Assembly (NCBI GenBank): GCA_965369805.1
Contig: CBDURG010000001.1
Location: 1-38,257, forward strand
DNA: 38,257 bases
Direction: 5' to 3'
DNA from: an uncultured bacterium
GTDB taxonomy: Bacteria > Auribacterota > UBA6266
The notes under the pieces were generated by a model. It searched no databases and was not told the origin of the DNA. It was given only the letters and a program-made list of their open reading frames with translations. The position numbers were made by a program, and so were the translations under genes. Shown one piece after another: positions 1 to 11,093 of this stretch. Positions within the stretch are counted from its first letter, which is position 1. Every line of letters starts with the position of its first letter.

Positions 1-394
1 CTACTTGAAGTCGAGGCTTAGGTTTTTCAGATTTCACTTCAGGAACCTTTTCTTCTATTTTCGCTTTGGAAATTTGAACCTTTTTTACATCTTTACCACC
101 TACTTCATTTAAAGCGGAAGATAGAGTAGGCTCTATGATCTTTTCTTTTAGTGAATGCTCTGCCGTATTTGTAATATCAGAAGCTATTATTTTTTCAAAT
201 CTTTGTACTTTAGATCCAATATTTTTTACCCCATCATCCAATTTAATTTTAGTAGACTTTAAGTTTTCAAATTCTTTTCTCAAATCAAAATACAATGATA
301 GTTTTTCATATGTCGCTTCACCAAAAGAAAATCCACAATACTTGCATTGTTTCGCAAGATAGTTAATAACCTGGGTACACTTTGGACATTTCAT
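1..394 (-). CDS. zinc-ribbon domain protein, partial (C-terminus runs off the left edge)
   Basis: Absent from the ORF track because there is no stop in-window. ATG at 392-394 (minus strand) with GGAGG about 6 nt upstream. Translation MKCPKCTQVINYLAKQCKYCGFSFGEATYEK... gives CxxC-X10-CxxC followed by a Lys/Glu-rich, coiled-coil-like tail. The frame stays open to position 2. Confidence 0.5.
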   Translation of the reverse strand, partial: MKCPKCTQVINYLAKQCKYCGFSFGEATYEKLSLYFDLRKEFENLKSTKIKLDDGVKNIGSKVQRFEKIIASDITNTAEHSLKEKIIEPTLSSALNEVGGKDVKKVQISKAKIEEKVPEVKSEKPKPRLQV

Positions 395-470
395 ATTATC
401 CTCCGTTTTTTTCAACTTTTATTCAAAGGCCTGTTTCCACTTCTCCCAACAGCTAACCTCTTAATTGCTT

Positions 471-764
471 TTAAATCCAGCCGCCTTGTTCTAAGAATAG
501 GAAAATTTTCCACCTTATAAGAACAATCAGCCTTCGGAATCCACAGGTTGGGATTTTTTTTGTTTTTATTTCTTCAATTATTTCCTGTGGGATAATAAAT
601 GCAGCACCCGCAAGAGCAACAAGGCGGCTTGCTTCAACTTCCGACCTGACGATTTTAACAGCTATAAGGGAAATAAGCATTTTAAAAGCATTATCATTAA
701 AAGCTCCTAAAAATTGTGTTATATTAAGGCTCCAAAAGCTTCGCCCTAAATTTTTTGAATTCAT
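471..764 (-). pseudogene. N-terminal fragment of an MFS transporter (LplT / lysophospholipid-transporter-like), truncated
   Basis: The first ~58 aa (RSFWSLNITQFLGAFNDNAFKMLISLIAV...LVALAGAAFIIP) read like TM1-TM2 of LplT-type MFS proteins. The sequence then becomes non-MFS and stops at 97 aa. Divergence coincides with the inverted repeat 539-547/584-593. Confidence 0.45.
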
Positions 765-808
765 TTAGCCCTCCATGTTGGACATATTTTTAACTATAAG
801 GTCTTCAT

Positions 809-1534
809 TTAATTGTTCATTCTTTTCTTTTTCAGCCAGCTAGTAATTATATTGATAAACTTTTGCGGATCCTGCTTATACATATATTCTGCATGTGTAC
901 CGTCTTTGACAATAATCAATTCCACATTTTGCGGGGCCGCATCTTTGAGTTCAATGCTGTGATGATGGTCAATTACCCAATCCTTCGTACCATGCAGCAT
1001 AAGAACAGGAATTTTTACCTTTTTTATATTTTCAAGATTCTCCGGTTTATTCATAAAAATGTTAAATCCCCACACCTTTTTGCCCGAGCCAATATTTTCT
1101 ATAGCGGTTTTTATTGCGGCAAATGTCCATAACTTAGGCCTTATTTTGCTGAAAGAAGCCGGCGGACTTATTAAAATAAGAGCGTTTACACAGTTATTTT
1201 TTACGGCCGCGGCAAGAGACACCAATGCGCCAAGAGAAAACCCCATGAGAATTATACTATTATATTTTTTTTTAAAAAAATCAAGACCTGCTTGAATGTC
1301 CAAAGCTTCTTTTGCTCCATAAGTATATTTTCCTGTGCTTTTTCCGTGCCCTCTCATATCAATGGTTAAAACATCAAAACTCTTAGCCATCTTCTCCGAA
1401 ATAGACTTAAACGCTGGGGAATCCTTATATTCAAGAAACCCGTGGCATATAATAATTACAACTGAATTACCATTTTCATACCAGTTGGCATGTATTTTTT
1501 CAGAATCTTTTGTATCAAGAATTATTTCCTTCAC
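809..1534 (-). CDS. alpha/beta-fold hydrolase
   Basis: 241 aa. HGF oxyanion-type motif (IIICHGFLE), nucleophile elbow GFSLGA, C-terminal GTKD...H pattern. Start overlaps the MarR stop by 20 nt. Confidence 0.8.
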   Translation of the reverse strand: MKEIILDTKDSEKIHANWYENGNSVVIIICHGFLEYKDSPAFKSISEKMAKSFDVLTIDMRGHGKSTGKYTYGAKEALDIQAGLDFFKKKYNSIILMGFSLGALVSLAAAVKNNCVNALILISPPASFSKIRPKLWTFAAIKTAIENIGSGKKVWGFNIFMNKPENLENIKKVKIPVLMLHGTKDWVIDHHHSIELKDAAPQNVELIIVKDGTHAEYMYKQDPQKFINIITSWLKKKRMNN

Positions 1535-1985
1535 TGCGCAGTTTCTCCATTATTCCGATAATTTGTTTGCTCTCACTTAGTGAAATACCGTTCATAAAAC
1601 CATTTACTTCGTTTGAATATTCTTTATCTACCGCGTTACCGACCTCTTCTCCTTTTCTGGTCAACCGAATCAAATAATGTCTTCTGTCCTTTTTATCTCC
1701 ACTCCTTGTAACCAGATTAGCTTTTGCCATCCTGTCAATAAGGCCTGTAACATTTGCTCTGTTAACCAGAAGACGGTTCGCAATTTCTACCTGTGTAAGG
1801 CATTTCTCCCCGGAATATTTAAGCACCATAAGCAGGTTAAACTGTGCCGTCGTTAAACCAAACTTTACAAAAAACCGGTCCCCTTTCTTGGAAATATACG
1901 AGGCGCTTCTCAATATATTCAAGAGGGCTTCATGTTTTTTGTTCTCAAAAGGTGCCGGTAGTTTTAGTTCTTGCTGCAAGCTCAT
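1515..1985 (-). CDS. MarR family transcriptional regulator
   Basis: 156 aa. Winged-HTH signature LTTAQFNLLMVL...LTQVEIANRLLVNRANVTGLIDRMAKANLVTR..DKKDRR...LT.KG. Confidence 0.85.
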   Translation of the reverse strand: MSLQQELKLPAPFENKKHEALLNILRSASYISKKGDRFFVKFGLTTAQFNLLMVLKYSGEKCLTQVEIANRLLVNRANVTGLIDRMAKANLVTRSGDKKDRRHYLIRLTRKGEEVGNAVDKEYSNEVNGFMNGISLSESKQIIGIMEKLRSEGNNS

Positions 1986-2305
1986 TTTCCTTCCCCTTTT
2001 AGTTTATTTATTAACTGTTAATATATTAACATCTAAAGAAATTCTGTCAAGCGGAATTTTTTATTTGTTATTTTGTATATGCCGTAGAGAATAATTATGA
2101 ATTACAATCTACGGATTATGGGAACAGAGGACTAAAATTAGACGCAGATTAAGTATGATAAATTATAAAAGAATATGAATTAACAAAATATTGTAAAAAA
2201 GATCAGCGTAAATCATAAATTTTCAGTGTTAATCAGCATTGAATACTAAAAGTCTTTTTTAACGACTCACTAAGTATGATTCACAAAATACAGTTTACTA
2301 TATTG

Positions 2306-3523
2306 TTATTTATTCAGTATTTTAGGAACTCTGTTCATCTCCAGTTTGCCAATCGGCGGCAATTTCCCTGTGAGAGGTTTTACATAGTCTATGTAGTCTT
2401 CCGTAATATTGTTACCCTCTTTGTTTATATACTTTTTATCCAGGGGTTTTGTCCTCTTGGCAACATTGGCAAGATCCGTTCTATCAAATTCGACTTTATA
2501 ACTGCCGCCGGCCGCAAGCCTTTTTATAATAACACTACCGTCTATATTCGCGCTCACGGCAAACTGTACGGCTTTTTCCCCAACTTTTCTGGCTTCTTCA
2601 GAATCCACATCTGAAACAACTCCGGGAAAACAACGCTGAAGGTACCCAAATGTATCAGCCCTTACCCTTTTTATCTTGAGCTTTGACCTTACTTCCGCGG
2701 CAAGATAATCACCAAGGGCACCGCTCCCGCTCAATTGAACATTCCCATGAGCATCCTTTTCGCCGCTTGTAAATATGGGATTGCCATCTTTATCATGAAT
2801 ACCCTCGGAAACACAAATAACAGCTCTTCCATATTTTGTATATACCTTATCAACATCATCAGTAAATTTCTTAATATCAAAAACTGTTTCCGGGACATAA
2901 ATCAAATGAGGGCCATCATCTTCATATTTTCTTGCGAGTATAGTTGCCGCGGTAAGAAATCCCGCATGCCTACCCATAACCACATCAATTTTAATACCGG
3001 GCAGGGAACGGTTATCAAGATTGTCTCCCATTACAGCGCAGGCAACAAATTTCGCGGCACTTCCGTATCCCGGGCAGTGATCTGTTACAAGAAGGTCATT
3101 ATCTATGGTTTTGGGAATATGAAACACCCTGAGTTCAAAATCATCCTGGCGCGCGATTTCGTTAACTATATTAGCAGTTTCAGCAGTATCATTACCGCCA
3201 ATATAGAAAAAATATCTCACATTATGAGCCTTGAATACTTCAAACATCTTCATGCAGTCTTCTTTTTTTGGCTTCATCCTTATGGATTTAAGGCCGGAAG
3301 ACGGCGTTTCCGCGACAAGTTCAAGAGCCTCAATACTTTCCTGTGTAAGATCCGCGAAATTTTCTTCAAGTATTCCCTTTACCCCCTGAATCGCGCCATA
3401 AACCTTCCGCATATGGGAATATTTCGAACACTCTCTTACAACACCTATGAGACTCTGGTTAATAACACAGGTCGGGCCGCCTGACTGGCCGACAACAACG
3501 TTCCCGGTTAATGTATCACTCAT
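2306..3523 (-). CDS. 6-phosphofructokinase, probably pyrophosphate-dependent (PFK family A)
   Basis: 405 aa. GGPTCVIN, FFYIGGNDT, PKTIDNDL and MGRHAGFL motifs. Lys in PKTIDND and Asp in GGxD are the classical PPi-type discriminators. Confidence 0.85.
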   Translation of the reverse strand: MSDTLTGNVVVGQSGGPTCVINQSLIGVVRECSKYSHMRKVYGAIQGVKGILEENFADLTQESIEALELVAETPSSGLKSIRMKPKKEDCMKMFEVFKAHNVRYFFYIGGNDTAETANIVNEIARQDDFELRVFHIPKTIDNDLLVTDHCPGYGSAAKFVACAVMGDNLDNRSLPGIKIDVVMGRHAGFLTAATILARKYEDDGPHLIYVPETVFDIKKFTDDVDKVYTKYGRAVICVSEGIHDKDGNPIFTSGEKDAHGNVQLSGSGALGDYLAAEVRSKLKIKRVRADTFGYLQRCFPGVVSDVDSEEARKVGEKAVQFAVSANIDGSVIIKRLAAGGSYKVEFDRTDLANVAKRTKPLDKKYINKEGNNITEDYIDYVKPLTGKLPPIGKLEMNRVPKILNK

Positions 3524-3748
3524 AAAAACACCTCCTGATTACAATTTAAGTAAGTTGGAATATTATATCAAAGATATCAAATTTGAAAATAAAAGAATTA
3601 GCTATCAACCTTCAGCTATCGGCTGCCAGCAAAAGAAAAAAGGTTGGAAGCTGAGAGATAGTGTCTAAAAGCTAATCTTTTTTTACTATATACTATATAC
3701 GGTTTTTCAGTTGACTTATCCCGGATTCTTTTAGAAAATAGCTATATT

Positions 3749-4456
3749 ATGAAAAAGATTTTTAAACGCTTACTCATTCTCTCGGTTATTATTCTTATCT
3801 TTTCCATCGCAAAAGACTCTCTCATAAAAGCAGTTATAGAAAAGGGATTTAAATCTGCCACAGACTCTACAATAACTATTGGCTCTCTTAATCTGAACAT
3901 CCTGAAATCAACACTAACTCTCAGGAATATTGCTATACACAATCCCCCGGGATTTTCAAAGGCGCCCATGCTTGAGGTTTCTTCCGTAAGAACAACATAT
4001 GTACTTAAAGGCCTTTTAAATCGTAATATTCACCTTAAAACACTGAAACTTGATATAAAAGCCCTGAACATTGAGCAAAATCCAGACAAAAAAATGAACG
4101 TGGCTTGTTTAACAAAAAACCACGAATCCAAAAAACCACCACCTAACGAGAAACAAAGCCCTACAATAAACTCATCCGGGAAGAAAAAAATGAGTTTTTT
4201 AATTGACGAGTTTATTCTTTCGTTTGATGAGGCTTCTTATTCCGGGCCATATGTAGCTGGGAGTAAACTTATCGCAAAGATACAACTTCAAAACAAGCGT
4301 TTTACTAATATTAAATCCGGGAAAGAATTGATAGATATAATTATGAAAAATTCGGGGATCGCTCAGATAAGGAATTTGTTTTCGGATAAACCGGGATCAT
4401 TGAAAAAAAATATTGAAGATACTATTAAAGCAATAAAAAGAGCTTTTAAGAAATAA
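3749..4456 (+). CDS. hypothetical membrane-anchored protein (N-terminal signal/TM; weakly AsmA-N-terminus-like)
   Basis: 235 aa. N-terminal MKKIFKRLLILSVIILIFSIA hydrophobic segment, Lys/Pro-rich linker, no recognisable catalytic motif. Confidence 0.5.
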   Translation: MKKIFKRLLILSVIILIFSIAKDSLIKAVIEKGFKSATDSTITIGSLNLNILKSTLTLRNIAIHNPPGFSKAPMLEVSSVRTTYVLKGLLNRNIHLKTLKLDIKALNIEQNPDKKMNVACLTKNHESKKPPPNEKQSPTINSSGKKKMSFLIDEFILSFDEASYSGPYVAGSKLIAKIQLQNKRFTNIKSGKELIDIIMKNSGIAQIRNLFSDKPGSLKKNIEDTIKAIKRAFKK

Positions 4457-5705
4457 GCTTTTTTATATGTTTATGGTAAATCGAGGGCCATGAATAGTTC
4501 AGCATAACCTCTTTGAAATTTTTGTGGACAATACTTCTCTTATACGCGTTCAAAATTCTTTTAGCAATCTTACAGGAATCTTCCTTAAGCCCAAAATAGG
4601 CCGCGCTATCTCCAAAAACTTCCGGAAGAGGCTCAATATTACTACAAAAAATCGGCATCCTGAAAAGTCCCGCTTCAAGAAGCGGAAGGCCAAAACCCTC
4701 CTGGGTCGAGGTAAGAAGAAGCATATCGCACAATCTATAAAGGTTTCTCAGCGCGTGTAAATCAATCCTTACTTTTACTCCACCAGCCGTTTCCCTGTTA
4801 TGCATGAAAACAACCTGTTTTTCAACCCCTTTCTTTTTCCTGTAATTAAACAAAAAATCATAATACTCTGTTGCTTCTTTATTGTGCGGGTCCGGCGGGC
4901 CCGTTATAATGAAAAGAACATTTAAGCCCATTTTCTTGAGTTCATAGATTATATCAATACCTTTTTCAATATTTTTCCTTTTAAGCACCCTCGTAGGAAA
5001 AAATGAAATAATATCTTTTTCAAAAAATTTGTATTTCAAAGCAAATTTCCAGATTTCAGGAGAAATGTTCAAAAGGTTTTTAACATCGATACCGTTTGGA
5101 ACCACCGCAATCTTCTTTTCCCCTACTTTAAAAAGCTCCGCGAGTTGTTTTTGCCTTTCCTGGGATATCGTTACATATTTAGCTCGAGGATTTAATTTAA
5201 AAAGAAGGTTTCTCGGATATTTATCTCTGAACTTTATTAAATAGTCAGGGTTAATGAGGCTGGCATCATGACACCAGACAATAAACTTTATATTTTCCTT
5301 TTCATCAATAAGTTCATACAATGCAGCTGTAAGAACCTTGTTAAAATGCATTGTCATCACATTATGAATAATACATTTTGACATACCAACAAGAGCTTTC
5401 TTCAATTTCTTTTTTAATAGTCTTTTCGCCCACTCAAAAACCTCAGGATTTAATCTCCCATTTTTCTTGAAAGAACTTTTAACGATCGGGTTTCCTCCCC
5501 ATATTTCCTCTATCTTACATATCTCTATATCCGGGTTACTGTTAGCCTCCCCTCCTGAAGCAGTAATAACCCTGACTTTGTATCCCATATCCGTTAATAT
5601 ATTAGCCTGTCCTTCCATAACAAACTCAACACCGCCAATAACAGGCGGGTAAGAATAATGAAGCAGTGCTATTTTTTTCCTACGCGACCTTTTATGAACA
5701 GCCAT
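4446..5705 (-). CDS. glycosyltransferase, GT-B fold, family 4-like
   Basis: 419 aa. N-terminal YPPVIGGVEFV donor/acceptor loop and C-terminal EGFGLPLLEAG (E-x7-E type) motif typical of GT4. Confidence 0.75.
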   Translation of the reverse strand: MAVHKRSRRKKIALLHYSYPPVIGGVEFVMEGQANILTDMGYKVRVITASGGEANSNPDIEICKIEEIWGGNPIVKSSFKKNGRLNPEVFEWAKRLLKKKLKKALVGMSKCIIHNVMTMHFNKVLTAALYELIDEKENIKFIVWCHDASLINPDYLIKFRDKYPRNLLFKLNPRAKYVTISQERQKQLAELFKVGEKKIAVVPNGIDVKNLLNISPEIWKFALKYKFFEKDIISFFPTRVLKRKNIEKGIDIIYELKKMGLNVLFIITGPPDPHNKEATEYYDFLFNYRKKKGVEKQVVFMHNRETAGGVKVRIDLHALRNLYRLCDMLLLTSTQEGFGLPLLEAGLFRMPIFCSNIEPLPEVFGDSAAYFGLKEDSCKIAKRILNAYKRSIVHKNFKEVMLNYSWPSIYHKHIKKLIS

Positions 5706-5753
5706 AATTTATTTTCCTCCATGTCTCGTATATAGTATAAAGCCTACAGCTTT

Positions 5754-7094
5754 TTAAGTTATCAGCATCACCCTTATATCCATTACATTTGTTCCGGTTG
5801 GGCCGGTTATATAAAGCCCACCTGCTTTCTTGAAAAAGTTGTATGAATCATTGTTCTCAAGATATTTCAATGGCATTAACTTTTTCTTCATAGCTTTAGC
5901 GCAGGAATTTGAATCCACAATAGCTCCTGCCGCGTCGGTGGGGCCATCTGTACCATCGGTACCAACACTTGAAATTACAATATTTTCACAGCCGCTGATT
6001 GACCCTACACAGGCAAGGCAAAACTCCATATTCCTGCCTCCCTTACCTTTACCCTTTATGGTAACCGTGGTTTCCCCCCCGGAAATAATACACGCGGGTT
6101 TCTTAACAGGGTTATTCGACATCAGAATTTCCTTTGCAATTGCCGCGTGCACTCCGGCAACCTGAAAAGTCTCACCCTCGATAATGGTGGAAAGTATCAA
6201 CGCGTTGTATCCCAGCTTTTTCGCTTTTTTCGCCGCGGCTTCAGCGGCAGCAAAATTGCTCCCTATTACCAGGTTTTGAACTTCCTTGAAAGCGTCATCT
6301 TCAGGTTTCGGTGTTTCAAGAGCCTTCTTTTTAAGCCCTTCACGGATATATTTAATGACTGATTCAGGCATACTCTTTTGAAGTTTGTATTTCTTTATAA
6401 TATCCATGCAGTTTAAAAAAGTTGTAGGATCCGGAGCTGTAACACCGGACGCTATAAATGCTATATCATCACCAATAACATCTGAAAGAATAAGCGATAT
6501 GATTTTTGCCGGGCTAATCATTTTTGCAAGACGCCCCCCTTTAACGGCCGAAATATGTTTTCTCACGGTGTTAACTTCCTGAATAGCGGCCCCTGATTTT
6601 AAAAGAAGTTGTGTTGTCTTCTGTTTATCTCTAAAAGAAACTCCTTTCGCGGGGAGAGGAAAAAGAGCGGAGCCTCCTCCTGATATAAGGCAAAAAACTA
6701 TATCACTCTTTCCGGCTTTTTCAACAAACCGGCAAATTTCACCAGCGCCCTTAAGGCCATTTTTATCCGGCACAGGATGGCCGCACTCATTTATCTTCAA
6801 TTTCTTCAACTTTGCCCCGTGTCCATATTTCGTGTTAATAATACCTCCGGCAAGTTTCTTCCCAAGAATTTTCTCCAAAGGTATTGCCATCTGAGAAGAA
6901 GCTTTTCCCAAACCGACAACATAAATATTATTTACCTTTTTAAGGTTATATTTCCTGTTTCCAACGCGGAGAATATCTCCTGTGATTCTCACCATTTTCT
7001 CGACCGCGCAAATGGGATCAACAGCCTTTATGGATTCTTTAATAATAATGTCCGCGTCTTTTCTCATCAAGCTAAGAGCTCTTTTCATATACAC
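5754..7094 (-). CDS. glycerate 2-kinase / hydroxypyruvate reductase-like (DUF4147 + MOFRL)
   Basis: 446 aa. VVGLGKAS, LISGGGSALF, SGGETTV and GGRNME motifs characteristic of MOFRL-family glycerate kinases. Confidence 0.85.
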   Translation of the reverse strand: MYMKRALSLMRKDADIIIKESIKAVDPICAVEKMVRITGDILRVGNRKYNLKKVNNIYVVGLGKASSQMAIPLEKILGKKLAGGIINTKYGHGAKLKKLKINECGHPVPDKNGLKGAGEICRFVEKAGKSDIVFCLISGGGSALFPLPAKGVSFRDKQKTTQLLLKSGAAIQEVNTVRKHISAVKGGRLAKMISPAKIISLILSDVIGDDIAFIASGVTAPDPTTFLNCMDIIKKYKLQKSMPESVIKYIREGLKKKALETPKPEDDAFKEVQNLVIGSNFAAAEAAAKKAKKLGYNALILSTIIEGETFQVAGVHAAIAKEILMSNNPVKKPACIISGGETTVTIKGKGKGGRNMEFCLACVGSISGCENIVISSVGTDGTDGPTDAAGAIVDSNSCAKAMKKKLMPLKYLENNDSYNFFKKAGGLYITGPTGTNVMDIRVMLIT

Positions 7095-7211
7095 ATCCCT
7101 TCGTTTTAGTTTTTACGCGCGCAATCAAAACATATTCACTTTGTACTGCTATTATTATATACTAGTCGGCAAGTTCGGTTAAAATGTAATTATTGTAAAA
7201 GACAGGATACA

Positions 7212-7829
7212 ATGTTTAAACATATTCTCAGGGAACTAAAAAAACACGCCCCTTTTACTGCTTTTGGAGCAATTACCGGAATATTAATCATAATATACTT
7301 TCAAAAACTGTCCTTCAAAACTTCATATGATATTTTCTACATACTTCACCCAATGCATATCCTGTTAAGCGCCTTTGTAACCGCGTCCATGTATAAAATC
7401 CACAAAGATAAATGCAGCTTATGGATTCTATTAGCTATTGGCTACACAGGCTCTATAGGAATAGCAACGCTAAGCGATTCATTAACGCCATATCTGGCAG
7501 AGAGCCTGCTTAATATGCCAAACAGGCATGTACACATAGGCTTTATTGAAAAATGGTGGCTTATTAACCCGCTGGCAATATTGGGCGCGGCAATAGCATA
7601 TTTTAAACCAAGAACAAAACTTCCTCACGGCGGGCATGTCTTATTAAGCACCTGGGCATCAGTCTTTCACATTATTATGGCTAAAGGAGAACCTTCACAC
7701 TGGTTCGCGTATATCAGCATTTTTCTGTTTCTTTTTATCGCGGTATGGATACCCTGTTGTTTAAGCGACATTATATTTCCAATGTTATTTGTAAAAGCAG
7801 ATGAAAAAAAGCACCTCCAAAACCATTAA
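7212..7829 (+). CDS. polytopic membrane protein with conserved His motifs, function unknown
   Basis: 205 aa, about 6 hydrophobic segments. HPMH, HVH and HGGH motifs. No family recognised with confidence. Confidence 0.5.
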   Translation: MFKHILRELKKHAPFTAFGAITGILIIIYFQKLSFKTSYDIFYILHPMHILLSAFVTASMYKIHKDKCSLWILLAIGYTGSIGIATLSDSLTPYLAESLLNMPNRHVHIGFIEKWWLINPLAILGAAIAYFKPRTKLPHGGHVLLSTWASVFHIIMAKGEPSHWFAYISIFLFLFIAVWIPCCLSDIIFPMLFVKADEKKHLQNH

Positions 7830-7865
7830 ATTTCAGAGGCGCTCTATTAGGGTTCTACTTATTTC

Positions 7866-9227
<1,362 letters not shown>

Positions 9228-9264
9228 TTACCTGCTTCCCGCCGCCAATATATGGGATAACTTT

Positions 9265-9312
9265 TAAACAAAAAAAGACAAAGACATCCCTACAGCCTGG
9301 GACATCCTTGTC
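9265..9312 (-). terminator. intrinsic terminator inside the gdhA leader
   Basis: RNA sense GACAAGGAUGUCCC-AGGCUGUA-GGGAUGUCUUUGUC (14 bp including 3 G-U) followed by UUUUUUUGUUU. It lies between the putative promoter and the gdhA start. Confidence 0.55.
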
Positions 9313-9329
9313 TCAATAACAAAATATTC

Positions 9330-9347
9330 TCGCGCACCATTGCGCAA
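9330..9347 (-). promoter_or_regulatory. hexaloop hairpin in the gdhA leader (candidate ANTAR-binding element)
   Basis: RNA sense UUGCGC-AAUGGU-GCGCGA. 6-bp stem, hexaloop with A at position 1 and G at position 4. Confidence 0.35.
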
Positions 9348-9358
9348 TTAGGGATATT

Positions 9359-9388
9359 ACGTTACAAAAAAATAAGAACTTTTGTCAA
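9359..9388 (-). promoter_or_regulatory. putative sigma-70-type promoter of gdhA
   Basis: CTTGACA (-35, 9383-9388), 18 nt spacer, TAACGT (weak -10). The same CTTGACA -35 context occurs upstream of glnA and of the porin-amtB operon. Confidence 0.3.
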
Positions 9389-9413
9389 GATTTTTTAAAA
9401 GGCATCTTATCGC

Positions 9414-9442
9414 TTGACTTAACCACAGCCGCTTTTTAAAAT
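9414..9442 (+). promoter_or_regulatory. putative sigma-70 promoter of nadE
   Basis: TTGACT (9414-9419), 17 nt spacer, TAAAAT (9437-9442). The -10 overlaps the first ATG of the ORF. Confidence 0.35.
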
Positions 9443-11093
9443 GTTTATTATGAAGATCACCATTGCACAACTTAATCCTACAGTTGGAGATATTAAGGGC
9501 AATATAAAAAAAGCCGAACAGGCAATTAGAACAAGTAAAAACGAAAATCCCGGCCTTATTGTATTCCCTGAACTTTATCTGACAGGTTATCCTCCACGGG
9601 ACCTCCTTGACAGCAAATGGTTCCCGGAACAAGTTAACCAGGCCGAAAAAAAACTAATACAAATCTCAAGGAAAAATCCTAACGTGGGAATTCTTATAGG
9701 AACTGTATTGCCCGCGAATAATAAAAAAGGAAAAAAACTTTACAATGCTGCCGTTCTGTTTTATAAGGGAAAAATCATTTCAAAAACTTATAAAACGCTG
9801 CTCCCCGCTTACGATGTTTTTGATGAGACCAGATATTTCCAGCACGGCAAGGAAATAAAACCTGTAAAATTCAAAGGAAGCAAAATCGGAATTACCATAT
9901 GTGAAGACGCGTGGAATATTCATACCCCGGAACTAAAAGAAAGATACAACATTGACCCTGTTAAAATCCTTGCCGCTAAAGGTATTGATTTATTAATCAA
10001 TATATCGGCATCCCCATTTCATCTCGGCAAAGAAAGCCTGCGCCGCAAACTGTTTACAAACCATGCTAAAAAGTACAAGATTCCTGTCGTTTTCGTCAAT
10101 CAGATAGGCGGAAATGATGAACTCATATTTGACGGAAGCAGCATGTTTTTTGATAAAAGAGGGAATCTTAACACCATACTCCCCTCTTTTGAAGAAAAGA
10201 TTAAAACAGTTGATACAGCTTCAAATGAATCAATAAATCATAAGCCCCAGAAAAAAATTGAATCCCTGTACAATGCACTCGTTCTCGGATTAAGGGACTA
10301 TACTCATAAATGCGGTTTTAAAAAGGTAATACTCGGGTTGTCAGGGGGCATTGACTCAGCAGTAACATGCTGTATCGCAAAGGATGCCCTGGGCAAAGAA
10401 AATGTTATTGGAATAACGATGCCTTCCCCATATTCTTCTGTGGGAAGTATTGAAGATTCAAAGAAGCTGGCCAAAACTCTTGAAATAAAATTTGAGACAA
10501 TTCCCATAAAAAATATCTTCTCAGGTTATTTGAGCTCATTAAAAAAACAATTTGCCGGCACGAAATCCAATACCGCGGAGGAAAATATACAGGCAAGAAT
10601 ACGCGGGAACATCTTAATGGCACTTTCGAACAAATTCGGCTACATGGTTTTATCAACGGGAAATAAAAGCGAGGCTGCCGTCGGCTATTGCACGCTTTAC
10701 GGCGACATGAGCGGCGGCTTGAGCGTTCTTTCGGATGTCCCAAAAACCCTTGTGTATAAGCTGGCAGATTATATAAACAGCAATAAAACAATAATCCCTG
10801 AAAAGACAATTACGAAAGTTCCTTCGGCAGAACTGCGGCCAAACCAAAAGGACCAGGACACACTTCCGCCTTATGAGATCCTGGACAAAATAATTGAGCT
10901 ATATATTGATTGTCATCTCTCAATAAAAGAAATTTCTTCAAAAGGAATACCTCTCAAAACCGTAAGGTGGGTAGTTAACGCTATAAACAGGAGTGAATAT
11001 AAGCGCAGGCAATCAGCTCCCGGGCTTAAGGTTACTTCAAAGGCATTTGGAACCGGAAGACGGATGCCGGTAGCTGCTAAATATTCAGTTTAG
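9441..11093 (+). CDS. nadE: glutamine-dependent NAD+ synthetase (CN-hydrolase + NAD synthase domains)
   Basis: 550 aa. Nitrilase-type triad context (FPELYLTGY, KTLLP, ICEDAW) plus the GLSGGIDS PP-loop. The real start is probably the ATG at 9450 (MKITIAQLNP). Confidence 0.93.
   Translation: MFIMKITIAQLNPTVGDIKGNIKKAEQAIRTSKNENPGLIVFPELYLTGYPPRDLLDSKWFPEQVNQAEKKLIQISRKNPNVGILIGTVLPANNKKGKKLYNAAVLFYKGKIISKTYKTLLPAYDVFDETRYFQHGKEIKPVKFKGSKIGITICEDAWNIHTPELKERYNIDPVKILAAKGIDLLINISASPFHLGKESLRRKLFTNHAKKYKIPVVFVNQIGGNDELIFDGSSMFFDKRGNLNTILPSFEEKIKTVDTASNESINHKPQKKIESLYNALVLGLRDYTHKCGFKKVILGLSGGIDSAVTCCIAKDALGKENVIGITMPSPYSSVGSIEDSKKLAKTLEIKFETIPIKNIFSGYLSSLKKQFAGTKSNTAEENIQARIRGNILMALSNKFGYMVLSTGNKSEAAVGYCTLYGDMSGGLSVLSDVPKTLVYKLADYINSNKTIIPEKTITKVPSAELRPNQKDQDTLPPYEILDKIIELYIDCHLSIKEISSKGIPLKTVRWVVNAINRSEYKRRQSAPGLKVTSKAFGTGRRMPVAAKYSV

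Noticed and set aside
2735-3484. Long antisense ORFs inside confident genes. Examples are 2735-3484 in the PFK gene, 16707-17291 in gltD, 26036-26575 in amtB, 35169-35831 in purF and 10405-10809 in nadE.
   Set aside because: Each is fully embedded opposite a gene with strong family motifs. The products are low-complexity or Arg/Ser/Phe-rich, as is typical of shadow frames.
3590-3665. Partially complementary segments (CTATCAACCTTCAGCT ... AAGGTTGGAAGCTGAGAGATAG) upstream of the 3749 gene.
   Set aside because: The complementary blocks are not collinear for a simple hairpin (they would need a pseudoknot). No supporting repeat or motif was seen.
9357-9632. Minus-strand ORF 9357-9632 spanning the gdhA-nadE divergent region.
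   Set aside because: It overlaps the nadE 5' end antisense and the promoter region. No motif, no RBS.
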